From positions 1,730-65,729 of the forward strand of contig VBOY01000031.1 in assembly GCA_005893295.1 (NCBI GenBank): 64,000 nucleotides of DNA. Direction: 5' to 3'. The stretch comes from Candidatus Eiseniibacteriota bacterium (GTDB lineage Bacteria > Eisenbacteria > RBG-16-71-46). Below are positions 1 to 11,220 of the stretch, in pieces. How positions within the stretch are numbered: position 1 is the stretch's first letter; each line of letters starts with the position of its first letter. The position numbers and the translations under genes are program-made. The notes under the pieces were generated by a model. That model was not told the DNA's origin, did no database searches, and worked only from the letters and a program-made list of their open reading frames with translations.

Positions 1-54
1 CCGAGCGAGATCGATCTGGCGGCCTTGAGGGAGCTGCGCATCAAGCTCGAGTGA
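1..54 (+). CDS. 3' end of an upstream gene (partial; ...PSEIDLAALRELRIKLE*)
   Basis: Open frame from the window edge to TGA at 52-54. Too short to identify. Confidence 0.3.
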   Translation, partial: PSEIDLAALRELRIKLE

Positions 55-290
55 TCCGGCCGCCGGGCGGGGCGATGCGCCGATTGGGCTTCGGCAAAGA
101 CCGCGTCGACTCGATGTCCACGCCCGCCGCGCCGGGATCGTCCAGCCCGGCCAAGGCGCGGGCCCAGGAACGGGCGCCCCGCTTCATGTCGGAAACGAAT
201 TGAACGCAGGGTCGGCTCGCGCCACACTCACGCTTCGACCGAGAGAACGTCGTCCCTACAGGCTGGATCTGTTGCCAAAGGCTCCCCACC

Positions 291-3065
291 ATGAGTGCCC
301 CACGCGTGACCGACGCCGAGTCGTTGCGCCTCGCCGAGGATGCGAGCCGCGAGCAGAACTGGAAGCGCTGGGGACCCTATCTCGCCGAGCGTCAATGGAG
401 CACGGTGCGGGAGGACTACTCGCCGCACGGCACCGTGTGGAGCTACTTCCCCCACGATCACGCGCGCAGCCGCGCCTACCGTTGGGGCGAAGACGGTTTG
501 CTCGGCATCTGCGACCGCGAATGTCGCCTGTGCTTCGCGCTCGCGCTGTGGAACGGGCGCGATCCGATCCTCAAGGAGAGGCTGTTCGGCCTCACCGGGC
601 CCGAGGGCAACCACGGCGAGGACGTGAAGGAGTGCTACTTCTACCTCGACTCCTCACCCACGCACTCCTACATGAAGGCGCTCTACAAGTACCCGCAGCG
701 CGAGTTTCCCTATGCGCGGCTGGTCGAGGGGAACCGCGCGCGTGGCCCGCACGATCCCGAGCTGGAGCTCGTCGATACGGGCGCGTTCGACGACCAGCGC
801 TACTTCGACGTGATCGCCGAATACGCGAAAGCCTCGCCAGACGACGTGCTGATCCGAATCACGGTCGCCAACCGCGGGCCCGAGGCGGCGGTGTTTCACC
901 TGCTGCCCACGCTGTGGTTCCGCAACACCTGGGCGTGGGGCCGTCACGGCGAGGGCTATGGATCGAAGCCCGCGATCCGCCGCGGAGGCCCGTCCGCCTT
1001 GATCGCCGACCACGAGACGCTCGGGCGCTTTCGGCTCGTCGCCGGGGCGGGCCCCTATCGGGAGACGCCGCGGTTCCTGTTCACCGAGAACGAGACCAAC
1101 GTCGAGCGCTTGTTCGCCAGCCCCAATCCGACGCCCCACGTGAAGGACGCCTTCCACGAGCATGTGATCCGCGGCGGCGCGGGGGCTCTCCATGCGGCGC
1201 GCGAGGGAACGAAGGCGGCGGCGTGGTACCGGCTCGAGATTCCGGCCGAAAGCGAGGTGACGATCCGGCTGCGGTTGTCGAGCGACGACGAGGCTCCGGT
1301 CGATCCGCTGGGGGAGGAGTTCGATCGGATCTTCGAGCGGCGGATCGAGGAGACCGAGGCGTTCTACGCGGCACGGCTGCCGCGGGGGCTGACCGCCGAC
1401 GAGCGGCGTGTCGTGCGCCAGGGCTACGCCGGGCTCCTGTGGTCCAAGCAGTTCTACCACTACGTGGTCAAGGGCTGGATCGAAGGCGACCCGGCGCAGC
1501 CCGCCCCGCCTACGGAGCGGCGCTTCGGGCGCAATTGCGATTGGGGTCACGTGTTCAATCGAGACGTGATCTCGATGCCCGACAAGTGGGAGTACCCGTG
1601 GTACGCGGCCTGGGATCTCGCGTTCCACATGATCCCGTTCGCCCAGATCGATCCCGAGTTCGCCAAGCACCAGCTGTTGCTGTTCATGCGAGAGTGGTAC
1701 ATGCACCCCAACGGACAACTGCCCGCCTACGAGTTCGCGCTTGGCGACGTGAATCCGCCGGTGCACGCCTGGGCGTGCTGGCGTGTCTACAAGATGACCG
1801 GCGCACGCGGCCGCCGTGACCGGCTGTTCCTCGAGCGCGCGTTCCAGAAGCTGCTGATCAACTTCACCTGGTGGGTGAACCGCAAGGACCCCGATGGCCA
1901 CCATCTGTTCTCGGGCGGATTCCTGGGCCTCGACAACATCGGCGTCTTCGACCGGTCGCAGCCGCTGCCGACCGGCGGCCACCTGGAGCAAGCCGACGGC
2001 ACGGCGTGGATGGCGTTCTACTGCGCCACCATGCTGTCGATGGCGCTCGAGCTGGCTGCGGAGGACGCGGCCTACCAGGACGTGGCGTCCAAGTTCTTCG
2101 AGCACTTCGTCGCGATCACCGACGCCATGAACACGCTCGGCGGCGCCGGGCTGTGGAACGAGAACGACGGCTACTACTACGACCAGCTCCACATGGACGG
2201 CCGCACGGTCCCCCTCTCGGTGCGGTCCTTAGTGGGCGTGATTCCGCTGTTCGCGTGCGAGGTCCTCGAGGATCTCGTCATCGACCGGCTGCCGGGGTTC
2301 GCCAAGCGCATGTACTGGTTTCTCGACAACCGGCCCGAGCTGGCCCAGTACGTGACGGCCGTCTGCACCGCGGGGAAGGATCGCGGCCACCGACACGGGC
2401 CCGAATGCCACCGCTTGCTGGCGATTCCGTCACGCGACCGGCTCACCCGCGTACTGCGCTACGTGCTCGACGAGAACGAGCTGCTTTCGCCCTATGGGGC
2501 GCGGTCGGTGTCGCGGGCCCATCGCGACCAACCGTTCGTCTTCCGCGTCGACGGCGAGGACTATCGGGTCGACTACGAGCCCGGCGAATCCACCAGCGGC
2601 CTGTTCGGCGGCAACTCGAACTGGCGCGGCCCGGTGTGGTTTCCGCTCAACTACCTGCTGATCGAAGCACTCGAGCGCTACCATCACTTCTACGGCGATT
2701 CGCTCACGGTCGAATGCCCCGTCGGATCGGGGCGGATGATGAACTTGGCCGAAGTCGCGCGCGAACTTTCACGGCGCCTCGCTAGCCTGTTCCTTGCGGA
2801 CGCGAATGGAAGGCGCCCGGCTCACGGCGATGACGTGCGCTTCGCGCAGGACCCGCACTGGAAGGACCTGGTGCTGTTCCACGAGTACTTCCACGGCGAC
2901 ACGGGGCGCGGCCTCGGCGCCAGCCACCAGACCGGCTGGACCGCGCTCGCCGTGCGCTGCCTCGAGGAGCAAGGCAAGGCGCGGGCGCGCGCCGGCGGGG
3001 AGAGGAGCAGGGCAGCCAGGGAACGTCGAGGGGAGACCATCGAGCATGGCGCACGTTCCCGATAG
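291..3065 (+). CDS. Glycoside hydrolase family 63 (mannosyl-oligosaccharide glucosidase-like / glucosyl- or mannosyl-glycerate hydrolase-like)
   Basis: 924-aa ORF. N-terminal [18 protein letters not shown] and (alpha/alpha)6-barrel motifs are typical of bacterial GH63. ATG at 291. Confidence 0.85.
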   Translation: MSAPRVTDAESLRLAEDASREQNWKRWGPYLAERQWSTVREDYSPHGTVWSYFPHDHARSRAYRWGEDGLLGICDRECRLCFALALWNGRDPILKERLFGLTGPEGNHGEDVKECYFYLDSSPTHSYMKALYKYPQREFPYARLVEGNRARGPHDPELELVDTGAFDDQRYFDVIAEYAKASPDDVLIRITVANRGPEAAVFHLLPTLWFRNTWAWGRHGEGYGSKPAIRRGGPSALIADHETLGRFRLVAGAGPYRETPRFLFTENETNVERLFASPNPTPHVKDAFHEHVIRGGAGALHAAREGTKAAAWYRLEIPAESEVTIRLRLSSDDEAPVDPLGEEFDRIFERRIEETEAFYAARLPRGLTADERRVVRQGYAGLLWSKQFYHYVVKGWIEGDPAQPAPPTERRFGRNCDWGHVFNRDVISMPDKWEYPWYAAWDLAFHMIPFAQIDPEFAKHQLLLFMREWYMHPNGQLPAYEFALGDVNPPVHAWACWRVYKMTGARGRRDRLFLERAFQKLLINFTWWVNRKDPDGHHLFSGGFLGLDNIGVFDRSQPLPTGGHLEQADGTAWMAFYCATMLSMALELAAEDAAYQDVASKFFEHFVAITDAMNTLGGAGLWNENDGYYYDQLHMDGRTVPLSVRSLVGVIPLFACEVLEDLVIDRLPGFAKRMYWFLDNRPELAQYVTAVCTAGKDRGHRHGPECHRLLAIPSRDRLTRVLRYVLDENELLSPYGARSVSRAHRDQPFVFRVDGEDYRVDYEPGESTSGLFGGNSNWRGPVWFPLNYLLIEALERYHHFYGDSLTVECPVGSGRMMNLAEVARELSRRLASLFLADANGRRPAHGDDVRFAQDPHWKDLVLFHEYFHGDTGRGLGASHQTGWTALAVRCLEEQGKARARAGGERSRAARERRGETIEHGARSR

Positions 3066-5055
3066 CACGGCGGAGTGGCTGGAAGCCGACGGTCTCGGCG
3101 GCTTCGCTTCGGGCACCGCGAACGGTGTGCGGACGCGGCGTTACCACGCGCTGCTGCTCGCGGCGACCACGCCCCCGACCGGGCGAATGGCGCTGGTGAA
3201 CGCGATCGAGGCGTGGCTCGAGTGTGGCGGCGGCGCCGAGCCCCTCACCACCCACCGCTATGCGCCGGACGTGCTCTATCCCGACGGCAGGCGGCGGCTC
3301 GAAGCGTTCGAGGCCGATCCGTGGCCGCGCTGGACGTATCGACTCGACGATGGGCGCGCAGTGGAGCACGAGGTCTTGGTCGGTGCCGGCCGGCCTCTGG
3401 TGGCTTTGAGCTGGAGACTCGCTCCGCGTGGGCGTGCGGCCCGATCACGCGGCGGACCCGCGCGGCTGCGCGTGCGGCCCTTGCTCTCGGGCCGCGACAG
3501 CCACGCGCTGCACCACGAGAACCCGGCGTTTCGCTTCGATGCCGAGACTCGCGACGGCCTCGTGGTCTGGCGGCCGTACGATGACGTGCCCGCGATCGCG
3601 GCGCTCGCCAACGGGAGCTACCAGCAGCGGACCGCCTGGTACCGCGGCTTCCTCTACGAGGAAGAGCGCGTTCGCGGCCTCGATTGCGTCGAGGACTTGG
3701 CCTCTCCGGGCGAGTTCTCGTGGGACCTGACCCACGTCGAGGCGGTGCTCGTACTTGCGGCCGAATGCGGCTCCGCGTTCACGCCGCTGGGTGAGGACGC
3801 GCGCGCAACGCTCGAGAGCCTGCGCGCCTCCGAGCGCCGGCGCCGGCGGCGCTTCCCCTCGCGTCTCGAGCGCGCGGCGGCCGACTACGTGGTGCGGCGC
3901 GGCCGCGGCAAGACGATCGTGGCGGGCTATCCCTGGTTCACCGATTGGGGGCGCGACACCTTCATCGCGCTGCGCGGCCTGTGCCTGGCGACCGGGCGAC
4001 TCGAAGAGGCGCGCGCGATCCTGCTCGAGTGGGCGGGCACCGTCTCGCGGGGGATGCTGCCCAACCGCTTCGTCGAGCGCGGCGAGGCGCCGGAGTTCAA
4101 TTCGGTGGATGCATCGCTGTGGTACGTCGTCGCGGTGCACGAAACGCTCGAGGCGCTGGCGGCCCGCGGCCGCCTCTCCGTTGCCGTGCGGCGCCGCCTC
4201 GAGGCTGCTTCGGACGCGATCCTCGAGGGCTACGCCTCGGGGACGCGCTACGGCATCCACGCCACCGACGACGGCTTGCTCGCCGCGGGCGAGCCCGGAG
4301 TCCAGCTGACGTGGATGGACGCCAAGGTGGGCGACTGGGTGGTCACGCCGCGGATTGGAAAGCCGGTCGAGGGGCAGGCCCTGTGGCTGAACGCGCTGCG
4401 CATCGGGGCGCAGCGCTCCGAGCGCTGGGGAGCCATCTACGAACGTGGCCTGGAGTCCTTCCGCGCGCGCTTCTGGGACGACGCCCGCGGCTACCTGGCC
4501 GACGTCGTGGACGTAGCCCATCGCCAAGGCGCGGTGGACCATTCGTTTCGACCCAACCAGATCTTCGCGGTCGGCGGGCTGCCGTTCGCGATCTTGGGCG
4601 GCGGGCGGGCCCGCCGCTTGGTCGACCTGGTGGAATCGCGCCTGTGGACGCCGCTGGGGCTGCGGTCGCTCGCTCCAGGCGAGCCCGGGTACGCGCCGCG
4701 CTACCAGGGCGGAGTGCGCGAGCGCGACGGCGCCTATCACCAAGGCACCGTGTGGCCGTGGCTCGCCGGGCCGTTCGTCGAAGCCTGGGTGCGAGTTCGC
4801 TCCGACACCGACGAGGCCAAGCGCGAAGCGCGCGCGCGCTTCCTTCACCCGCTGCTGCGCCACGTCGGCGAGGCGGGCCTCGGTCATATCAGCGAGATCG
4901 CCGACGCCGAGCCGCCGCACACACCGCGCGGCTGCCCGTTCCAAGCCTGGTCGGTGGGGGAGGCGTTGCGCCTGAAGCACCGGGTCCTCGCCGCGCCTGA
5001 GACCGAGCGACCGCGGGCGCCGCAGCGGGCGCGCAACGAGCTGGCGATCTCGTGA
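3046..5055 (+). CDS. Amylo-alpha-1,6-glucosidase family protein (glycogen-debranching-enzyme-like, GDE_N_bis + GDE_C)
   Basis: Protein-like sequence begins at [34 protein letters not shown] (ATG 3046, overlapping the GH63 3' end). The Arg-rich stretch upstream in the ORF track looks non-coding. Confidence 0.8.
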   Translation: MAHVPDSTAEWLEADGLGGFASGTANGVRTRRYHALLLAATTPPTGRMALVNAIEAWLECGGGAEPLTTHRYAPDVLYPDGRRRLEAFEADPWPRWTYRLDDGRAVEHEVLVGAGRPLVALSWRLAPRGRAARSRGGPARLRVRPLLSGRDSHALHHENPAFRFDAETRDGLVVWRPYDDVPAIAALANGSYQQRTAWYRGFLYEEERVRGLDCVEDLASPGEFSWDLTHVEAVLVLAAECGSAFTPLGEDARATLESLRASERRRRRRFPSRLERAAADYVVRRGRGKTIVAGYPWFTDWGRDTFIALRGLCLATGRLEEARAILLEWAGTVSRGMLPNRFVERGEAPEFNSVDASLWYVVAVHETLEALAARGRLSVAVRRRLEAASDAILEGYASGTRYGIHATDDGLLAAGEPGVQLTWMDAKVGDWVVTPRIGKPVEGQALWLNALRIGAQRSERWGAIYERGLESFRARFWDDARGYLADVVDVAHRQGAVDHSFRPNQIFAVGGLPFAILGGGRARRLVDLVESRLWTPLGLRSLAPGEPGYAPRYQGGVRERDGAYHQGTVWPWLAGPFVEAWVRVRSDTDEAKREARARFLHPLLRHVGEAGLGHISEIADAEPPHTPRGCPFQAWSVGEALRLKHRVLAAPETERPRAPQRARNELAIS

Positions 5056-6455
5056 GCGCGATGGACGCCGAAGCGCCGGCGGCCGGCACCCGCATGAAGC
5101 CGCCGCGGATCGTCATCCTGGGGGGTGGGTTCGGTGGGCTCGCCGCAGCGATCGAGCTGGAGCGCACGCTGGCGCGCCAGGGCCGGGCCGAGGTGACGCT
5201 GGTCAATCGCGACAACTTTCACCTCTTCACTCCGATGCTCCACGAGGTGGCGGCGAGTGACCTGGATCTCACCCACATCGTGAACCCGATCCGCAAACTC
5301 CTGAAGCGGGTCCAGCTCTTCGTCGGCCACGTCGAGCGCATCGACCTCGATCACCGGCGCGTCGTCGTCTCGCACGGTGACGATGGCCACCGGCACGAGC
5401 TGGCCTATGACCACTTGGTCGTGGCGCTCGGCTCGATCACGCATCTGGCGACGCCCGGCCCCGAAGGCCACACCCTGACGATGAAGACCCTCGGCGACGC
5501 GATCCACTTGAGGAACCACGTGATCGAGCGCCTGGAGGAAGCCGACTTCGAGTGCGCCGCCGAGGCTCGCGAGCCGCTGCTCACGGTGGTGGTGGCAGGC
5601 GGAGGGTTTGCGGGCGTGGAGACGCTGGCCGCCGTCAACGACTTCGCGCGCGATGCGCTACCGTTCTACTCGCGGCTCGAGGAGCGCCAGCTGCGCATGG
5701 TGCTGGTCCATTCGGGGCCCACGGTCCTGCCCGAGCTGGGAGAGAAGTTGGGTCGCTACGCCGAGCGCAAGCTCGCCCGCCGCGGCGTCGAGGTGCGGAC
5801 GGGAACGCGGATCGTGGCGGTGGGGCCGAACGAGGTTGCGCTGAGCGACGGCACGAGCATCCGCACCGGCACCTTGGTGTGGACCGCGGGCATGGCGCCG
5901 AACCCGTTGCTCTCCGACTTGCCGTGCGGTCGCGAGCGCGGACGGATCGTGGTCGACCCCACCTTGGCCGTGCCGGGCTGGCCGGGGGTGTGGGCGCTCG
6001 GCGACTGCGCGTTGGTGCCGGACGTGAAGGGAGGGTTCTGTCCGCCCACCGCCCAGCACGCGCTCCGCCAAGGGAAGCTCGCCGCCCACAACATCGCCGC
6101 CGCGCTCGCCGGCCGGACGGGCGAGCGCTTCGTCTTCTCGACGCTGGGCCAGCTCGCGGCGATCGGCAAGCGTACCGGGGTGGCGCGAATCTTGGGCGTG
6201 AACTTCTCGGGGTTCGCGGCGTGGTGGCTGTGGCGCACCGTCTACCTCGCCAAGCTGCCGCGGTTCGAGAAGAAGGTGCGCGTGATGCTGGACTGGACGC
6301 TCGACCTGATGTTCTCGAAGGACCTGGTCCAGTTCACGACCCACCGCGCGCCGTCGCTTTCCCACGACGCGAGCGCGGCGCTCAAGACCACGGCGGCGGG
6401 GCCCCGGGGGTCCGAGCCCCGGCCGGCCGAGTCCGAACCGGCCGCCGTGCCGTAG
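5052..6455 (+). CDS. ndh: Type II NADH:quinone oxidoreductase (NDH-2), FAD-dependent pyridine nucleotide-disulfide oxidoreductase
   Basis: Two Rossmann GGGFGG/GGGFAG motifs and NDH-2 architecture. The start may be ATG 5094 (MKPPRIVILGGGFGG) rather than GTG 5052. Confidence 0.8.
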   Translation: MSAMDAEAPAAGTRMKPPRIVILGGGFGGLAAAIELERTLARQGRAEVTLVNRDNFHLFTPMLHEVAASDLDLTHIVNPIRKLLKRVQLFVGHVERIDLDHRRVVVSHGDDGHRHELAYDHLVVALGSITHLATPGPEGHTLTMKTLGDAIHLRNHVIERLEEADFECAAEAREPLLTVVVAGGGFAGVETLAAVNDFARDALPFYSRLEERQLRMVLVHSGPTVLPELGEKLGRYAERKLARRGVEVRTGTRIVAVGPNEVALSDGTSIRTGTLVWTAGMAPNPLLSDLPCGRERGRIVVDPTLAVPGWPGVWALGDCALVPDVKGGFCPPTAQHALRQGKLAAHNIAAALAGRTGERFVFSTLGQLAAIGKRTGVARILGVNFSGFAAWWLWRTVYLAKLPRFEKKVRVMLDWTLDLMFSKDLVQFTTHRAPSLSHDASAALKTTAAGPRGSEPRPAESEPAAVP

Positions 6456-6487
6456 CGGCTCCGGGACCCCCGCGAGGCGACAGGGCC

Positions 6488-8092
6488 ATGTCGAGCCAAA
6501 GGCACTACGACGTGATCATCATCGGCACCGGAGCCGGCGGTGGCACGCTCGCTTGGGCGCTCTCCTCGACCGGGAAGCGGATCCTGCTGCTCGAGCGCGG
6601 CGACTACGTGACCCGCGAGGCCGAGAACTGGAGCACCGAGGCGGTCGTGCTCCACGGACGCTACAACAACGCCGACCCATGGCTCGACCGCAACGGCAAG
6701 GAGTTCCAAGCGGGGACCCATTACTTCGTGGGCGGGAACACCAAGTTCTATGGAGCCGCCCTGCTGCGGATGCGGGAGCGTGACTTCGGCGAGGTCCGTC
6801 ACGCCGGTGGTGTCTCGCCCGCCTGGCCGATCGCCTACGCCGACCTCGAGCCCTACTACACCGCCGCCGAGCGGCTCTACCACGTACACGGCAATCGAGG
6901 CTCGGATCCCACCGAGCCGTGGGCGAGCGCTCCCTACGCGTACCCGGGGGTGAGCCACGAGCCGCGCATCCAGCGCCTGCACGATGGTCTGGCCGCGCTC
7001 GGCCACCGCCCGTTCCACCTGCCGATCGGCGTCATGTTGGATGAGCAGAACAAGCGAGCCAGCCGCTGTATCCGCTGCGCCACCTGTGACGGGCATCCGT
7101 GCTTGGTGAACGCCAAGGCCGACGCCCAAGTGTGCTGCGTGGATCCGGCGCTCGAGCACCCGAACGTGACGCTCGCGACCCGTGCGTTCGTCGAGCGACT
7201 CACCACCGATGGGTCGGGACGCACGGTCATCGGGGTCGAGGTGGTGGAGGGCGGTGCCCCCGTCGCCTATTCGGCGGACATCGTGGTGGTTTCCTGTGGG
7301 GCGGTCAACACCGCGGCGATGCTGCTCCGCTCGGCGAACGACGCGCACCCGCGCGGTCTCGCGAACCGCTCCGACCAGGTGGGCCGCAACTACATGTGCC
7401 ACCTGAACTCGGTCTTGCTCGCGATCTCCAAATGCCCGAATCCGACCGTGTTCCAGAAGACGCTCGCCCTGAACGATTTCTATTACGGCGCGGACGACTG
7501 GGAATATCCGCTCGGCCACATCTCGTTCATCGGCAAGACCGACGCGCACGTGCTGGCGGCGGGCGCGCCCAAGCTCACGCCGGGCTGGACGCTCGACCAG
7601 ATGGCGAAGCACTCGCTCGACTTCTGGCTCACCTCGGAAGACCTGCCGGATGCGGCGAACCGCGTGACCGTGGAGCGCGGCCGGAAGACGCGGCTTTCGT
7701 ATGCGCCCAACAACGAAGAGGGGCACAAGCGGCTCAAGGCCAAGGTCCAGGACCTGCTCGGCAGGATACCGTGCGACGTTCACGGCACGAAGTGCCACGA
7801 GGGCTTGGCGCGGCTCAACGCCTACATCGGCAAGCGCATCCCGCTCGCCGGCGTGGCGCACCAGAACGGCACCTGCCGCTTCGGACGCGACCCGAAGGCC
7901 TCGGTGCTCGACGTGAACTGCAAGGCCCACGACCTGGACAACCTGTACGTGGTGGATGGCAGCTTCTTCCCGTCCAGCTCGGCGGTGAACCCGGCGCTCA
8001 CCATCATGGCGAACGCGCTGCGCGTGGCGGATCATCTCAAGGAGCGGCTCTCGGTCCGCGGCGCGACGATGGCGGCGGAAGGTGCGAGGTGA
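6488..8092 (+). CDS. GMC family oxidoreductase (choline/sugar dehydrogenase-like)
   Basis: MSSQRHYDVIIIGTGAGGGTLAWAL FAD-binding N-terminus and a C-terminal GMC domain (DGSFFPSS). ATG 6488; the rest of the 5552 ORF is Arg-rich junk. Confidence 0.85.
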   Translation: MSSQRHYDVIIIGTGAGGGTLAWALSSTGKRILLLERGDYVTREAENWSTEAVVLHGRYNNADPWLDRNGKEFQAGTHYFVGGNTKFYGAALLRMRERDFGEVRHAGGVSPAWPIAYADLEPYYTAAERLYHVHGNRGSDPTEPWASAPYAYPGVSHEPRIQRLHDGLAALGHRPFHLPIGVMLDEQNKRASRCIRCATCDGHPCLVNAKADAQVCCVDPALEHPNVTLATRAFVERLTTDGSGRTVIGVEVVEGGAPVAYSADIVVVSCGAVNTAAMLLRSANDAHPRGLANRSDQVGRNYMCHLNSVLLAISKCPNPTVFQKTLALNDFYYGADDWEYPLGHISFIGKTDAHVLAAGAPKLTPGWTLDQMAKHSLDFWLTSEDLPDAANRVTVERGRKTRLSYAPNNEEGHKRLKAKVQDLLGRIPCDVHGTKCHEGLARLNAYIGKRIPLAGVAHQNGTCRFGRDPKASVLDVNCKAHDLDNLYVVDGSFFPSSSAVNPALTIMANALRVADHLKERLSVRGATMAAEGAR

Positions 8093-8213
8093 GGCGAATG
8101 GAGCACGTCGCTCACGTCCCGCCGCGGATGGTCGAATCGCCGCGCCCGCTCGGGTTCGGGAAGGGCGTTCTCGTCCGAGACCCCGATCGCCACGTCATGG
8201 AGGTTGTGTCACG

Positions 8214-9377
8214 ATGAGCCCGAACGTCATGCAGGCGGAACGTGCGACTCACGAGGGCGAAACGACCACCATGAAGGCGATCGCCGTCCACCCCGGCCGA
8301 CCCAACTCGGTGCACCTGGCCCGGCTCGAGAAGCCCTCGCTCGACGACGTGCCGGGCGGGCGTGGCGTCCTGGTGCGCGTGCTGCGGGTGGGCCTGGACG
8401 GCACCGACAAGGAGATCAACGCGGCCGAGTACGGTCAGGCGCCCCCTGGCTACGACTTCCTCGTGATCGGGCACGAGAGCCTGGGCCGCGTCGAGGCGGT
8501 GGGCCCCAACGTGGCCGAGCTGGCGCTTGGCGATTACGTGGTGGCCACGGTGCGCCGCCCGGGCAGGAGCCTCTACGACACCATCGGCACCTACGACATG
8601 ACCACCGACGACGTCTACTTCGAGCGCGGGATCAACCTGCGCCACGGCTACTTGACCGAGTACTACGTGGACGATCCGGAGTACATCGTCAAGATTCCGG
8701 CGGGCTTGAAGGAGGTCGCGGTGCTGCTCGAGCCCACGACCGTGGTGGAGAAGGGCATCGCCCAGGCGTTCGAGATCCAACGGCGCCTGCGGGTGTGGCG
8801 GCCGCGACGAGCGTGCGTGATGGGCTCGGGGACGATCGGCCTGCTCGCCGCTCTCGCCTTGCGGCTGCGCGGGCTCGAGGTCACGGTGCTCTCGCGCGCC
8901 CCGAAGCCCTACCTCAACTCGGACCTGGTCGAGGCCCTCGGCGCTCGCTACGAGGCGGTCGGCGACGTCGCGCTCGCAGAGGCCGCGAAGCGCTGGGGAC
9001 CGTTCGACTTGATCTTCGAAGCGACGGGCTTCTCGCCGGTGGTGTTCGAGGCCATGCAGGCGCTGGGCAAGAACGGCGTGCTGGTGCTCTCGAGCGTCAC
9101 CGGCGGCGATCGCACCGTCGAGGTGCCCGCCGACCGAATCAACCTCGAGTTCGTGCTCGGCAACAAGGTGATGGTGGGGACGGTGAATGCGAACCGCGAG
9201 TACTTCGAGCTGGGCGTGCGCGACATGGCGCAGGCCGAGGCCGAGGTTCCCGGTTGGCTCGCTCGCCTCCTCACGCACCCGGTCCGCGGGCTCGACAACT
9301 ACGCCGAGCTGTTCGACACGCTCACCTCGGCCAAGGGCGCGATCAAGGTGTTCTGCGAGGTGGCGCCGCTGGAATAG
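8214..9377 (+). CDS. Zn-dependent alcohol dehydrogenase family protein (glucose 1-dehydrogenase / threonine dehydrogenase-like)
   Basis: MKAIAVHPG..., GHE motif and Rossmann GSGTIGL. GGAGG lies 10 nt upstream of ATG 8214; the alternative start is ATG 8271 (MKAIAV). Confidence 0.75.
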   Translation: MSPNVMQAERATHEGETTTMKAIAVHPGRPNSVHLARLEKPSLDDVPGGRGVLVRVLRVGLDGTDKEINAAEYGQAPPGYDFLVIGHESLGRVEAVGPNVAELALGDYVVATVRRPGRSLYDTIGTYDMTTDDVYFERGINLRHGYLTEYYVDDPEYIVKIPAGLKEVAVLLEPTTVVEKGIAQAFEIQRRLRVWRPRRACVMGSGTIGLLAALALRLRGLEVTVLSRAPKPYLNSDLVEALGARYEAVGDVALAEAAKRWGPFDLIFEATGFSPVVFEAMQALGKNGVLVLSSVTGGDRTVEVPADRINLEFVLGNKVMVGTVNANREYFELGVRDMAQAEAEVPGWLARLLTHPVRGLDNYAELFDTLTSAKGAIKVFCEVAPLE

Positions 9378-9786
9378 GGCGGCAGGCCGATTCCGCGTTG
9401 GCAGGCTGCGGAAAAAGCCCGACTGCTGCGTTGCTCGGTCGCTCCTCGCTGCCATGAAAAAAGAAGGTCTTCGCCGCCCCATTTTCATCGATCGTGGTGC
9501 GCCCTCAAGGCGCCTTGGGTCTGCGGAGTATCTTACGATACGCCTCGCTCGTCGCTTCCTCGCGCCTTGCATTCAGGCTTTTCAGCAGCCTACAGCGCAA
9601 CGCTGGCCCTGCCGGATGCCGGCATCTGGACCCTCGAGATCGACAGCTGCTACTGCGAGACGCGAATGGAGCCGTTGCGGGTGACGGTGCTGGAGAAGCC
9701 CTCGTAGGCGTGCGGCCAAACGGGCATCAGGCGGCCTCGCGGGGCGGCCTGACGCGTGTGTACCCCCAGACTCGGCGGCGGGCCGG

Positions 9787-10929
9787 TCACTCGATCGCTG
9801 GGGCCATGAACATTCCGAGTCCGAAGCTCGACCGCGTTCCGGAGCCGGCGCGCCGCAGCAGACGCACGCCGCCCGAGCCGGTATCGAGCCGGATGCGGCC
9901 CGCGCCGTCGCCGATCCGCCCGCGCACGTGATCGTGCTCGACCAGCGACGACTGGTGTGCCACGTCCACCTCGATCGAGCCGCCACCGGTCTCGATGTCG
10001 AACTCGGCCCCGAGCTGGGACGACACCATGATCGTGATGCTCCCGGAACCCGTGTCGACGTCGAGTGAGCGCACGTCCCCGGCAAGGTCCGCGGCTACGG
10101 TGCCGCTGCCGGTGTCGACCCGGATGTCGTCGGCGCGCACGGTTCCCAGGTCCACCGAGCCCGAGCCGGTTTCCCCGACCAGGTGCTCGACTTGGAGGTC
10201 CGATCCTTCGACCCCGCCCGACCCGGTGTCGATCGAGAGGTGCACGCCCCGCACCTGCGACACCGAGACATTGCCCGAGCCGGTGCCGATCGTCACGTCG
10301 CCGTGCACGTCCGTCACCCGCACCGCACCCGAGCCAGTGTCGACGACCAGCGCTCCACGCGTACCCTTCACCTCAGCCCCGCCCGACCCCAGGTCGATCG
10401 TCAGATCGCCGTCGATTCCCGAGGCGTGCGCCTGGCCCGCGATCATGTGCACTTGGAGCGAACGGCCGGCGGGAACCAAGACGCGCAGGTCGGCGTGCGC
10501 CTGGAGGCCCCCGCCCGAGCCCGCCACGGTGACCCGGCGGCCGGCGAGGAAGCCGAGCGCATGGTCGCCGATCGTGCCGTCGTCCGAGACCGCGGCCCTC
10601 GTTGTCGAACCCCGCCCGAGCTTGGGATAGACCACGCGGTTTCCCGGGTAGATGACGCGCAAGGTCGACCAGGTGCCTTTCATGCCGGTCTCGACCTTGA
10701 GCGACGCGGCGTCCTTGCCCCCCCGTACCACCTCGACCACCACGTCGGCCCCGCTTCCCGACTCCACGGTCAGCTCGCCGGCAAGGTTGTGGATCGCCAC
10801 CTGACCGCCCGGCACGCGGTAACGCTCGGGGTGCTCCGAAGGTCCGGCGGCGGCGGCCCCGAGCGCCAGGGCCGCGGCGAGCGGGACCAGAACGCGGCCT
10901 AGCGCGCGACGAACCGCAACGTTCTTCAT
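9787..10929 (-). CDS. Secreted DUF4097 (putative adhesin / LiaF-like beta-helix repeat) protein
   Basis: Signal peptide MKNVAVRRALGRVLVPLAAALALGAAAAG, then about 9 tandem (D/E)TGSGxVxV repeats of roughly 18-19 aa. Confidence 0.75.
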   Translation of the reverse strand: MKNVAVRRALGRVLVPLAAALALGAAAAGPSEHPERYRVPGGQVAIHNLAGELTVESGSGADVVVEVVRGGKDAASLKVETGMKGTWSTLRVIYPGNRVVYPKLGRGSTTRAAVSDDGTIGDHALGFLAGRRVTVAGSGGGLQAHADLRVLVPAGRSLQVHMIAGQAHASGIDGDLTIDLGSGGAEVKGTRGALVVDTGSGAVRVTDVHGDVTIGTGSGNVSVSQVRGVHLSIDTGSGGVEGSDLQVEHLVGETGSGSVDLGTVRADDIRVDTGSGTVAADLAGDVRSLDVDTGSGSITIMVSSQLGAEFDIETGGGSIEVDVAHQSSLVEHDHVRGRIGDGAGRIRLDTGSGGVRLLRRAGSGTRSSFGLGMFMAPAIE

Positions 10930-11220
10930 GAGTGTCCCCCCCGTCTTGGGATCGAGACCACCACTCCGCCCGGTCTCGTCATGGGACGGCGGATCGCCCC
11001 CAAAGGTTGGCGCCTCTTGAATGCCCGGTCAGGAAGGCTCAGGGGGTCCTTTACGGGGGGCGCGGGCCGAAGGTTTCCCTTGGGCTCGGCGGCCTTTTAC
11101 CCGCGCCGGGCCGACGGTGAAACCCAGGAGAGGGCGGTGCGCGTATTCTCCCCCCAGCCTTCAGAGGAGGCCAAGGAGCAGTGGGCCCGGCGCGCTGCCG
11201 GACGAACACGGGGGGATGCG

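Noticed and set aside
654-2192. 512-aa ORF antisense to the GH63 gene. Similar long antisense ORFs: 3445..4980, 6242..8035, 8112..9572, 14866..15978, 18100..19677, 24898..26046, 29155..31143 and 38507..42055.
   Set aside because: Arg/Pro/Gly/Ala-rich low-complexity translations with no start context, lying opposite strongly conserved genes. These are the expected stop-codon-poor shadows of about 70% GC coding DNA.
9378-9786. 410-bp convergent intergenic region with several GC palindromes (for example GCGCC-CTCAA-GGCGC) and a direct repeat GGCGGCCT
   Set aside because: The stems are short and none is followed by a U-tract. It contains small ORFs but no start context. Probably a terminator/spacer region, with no specific call possible.
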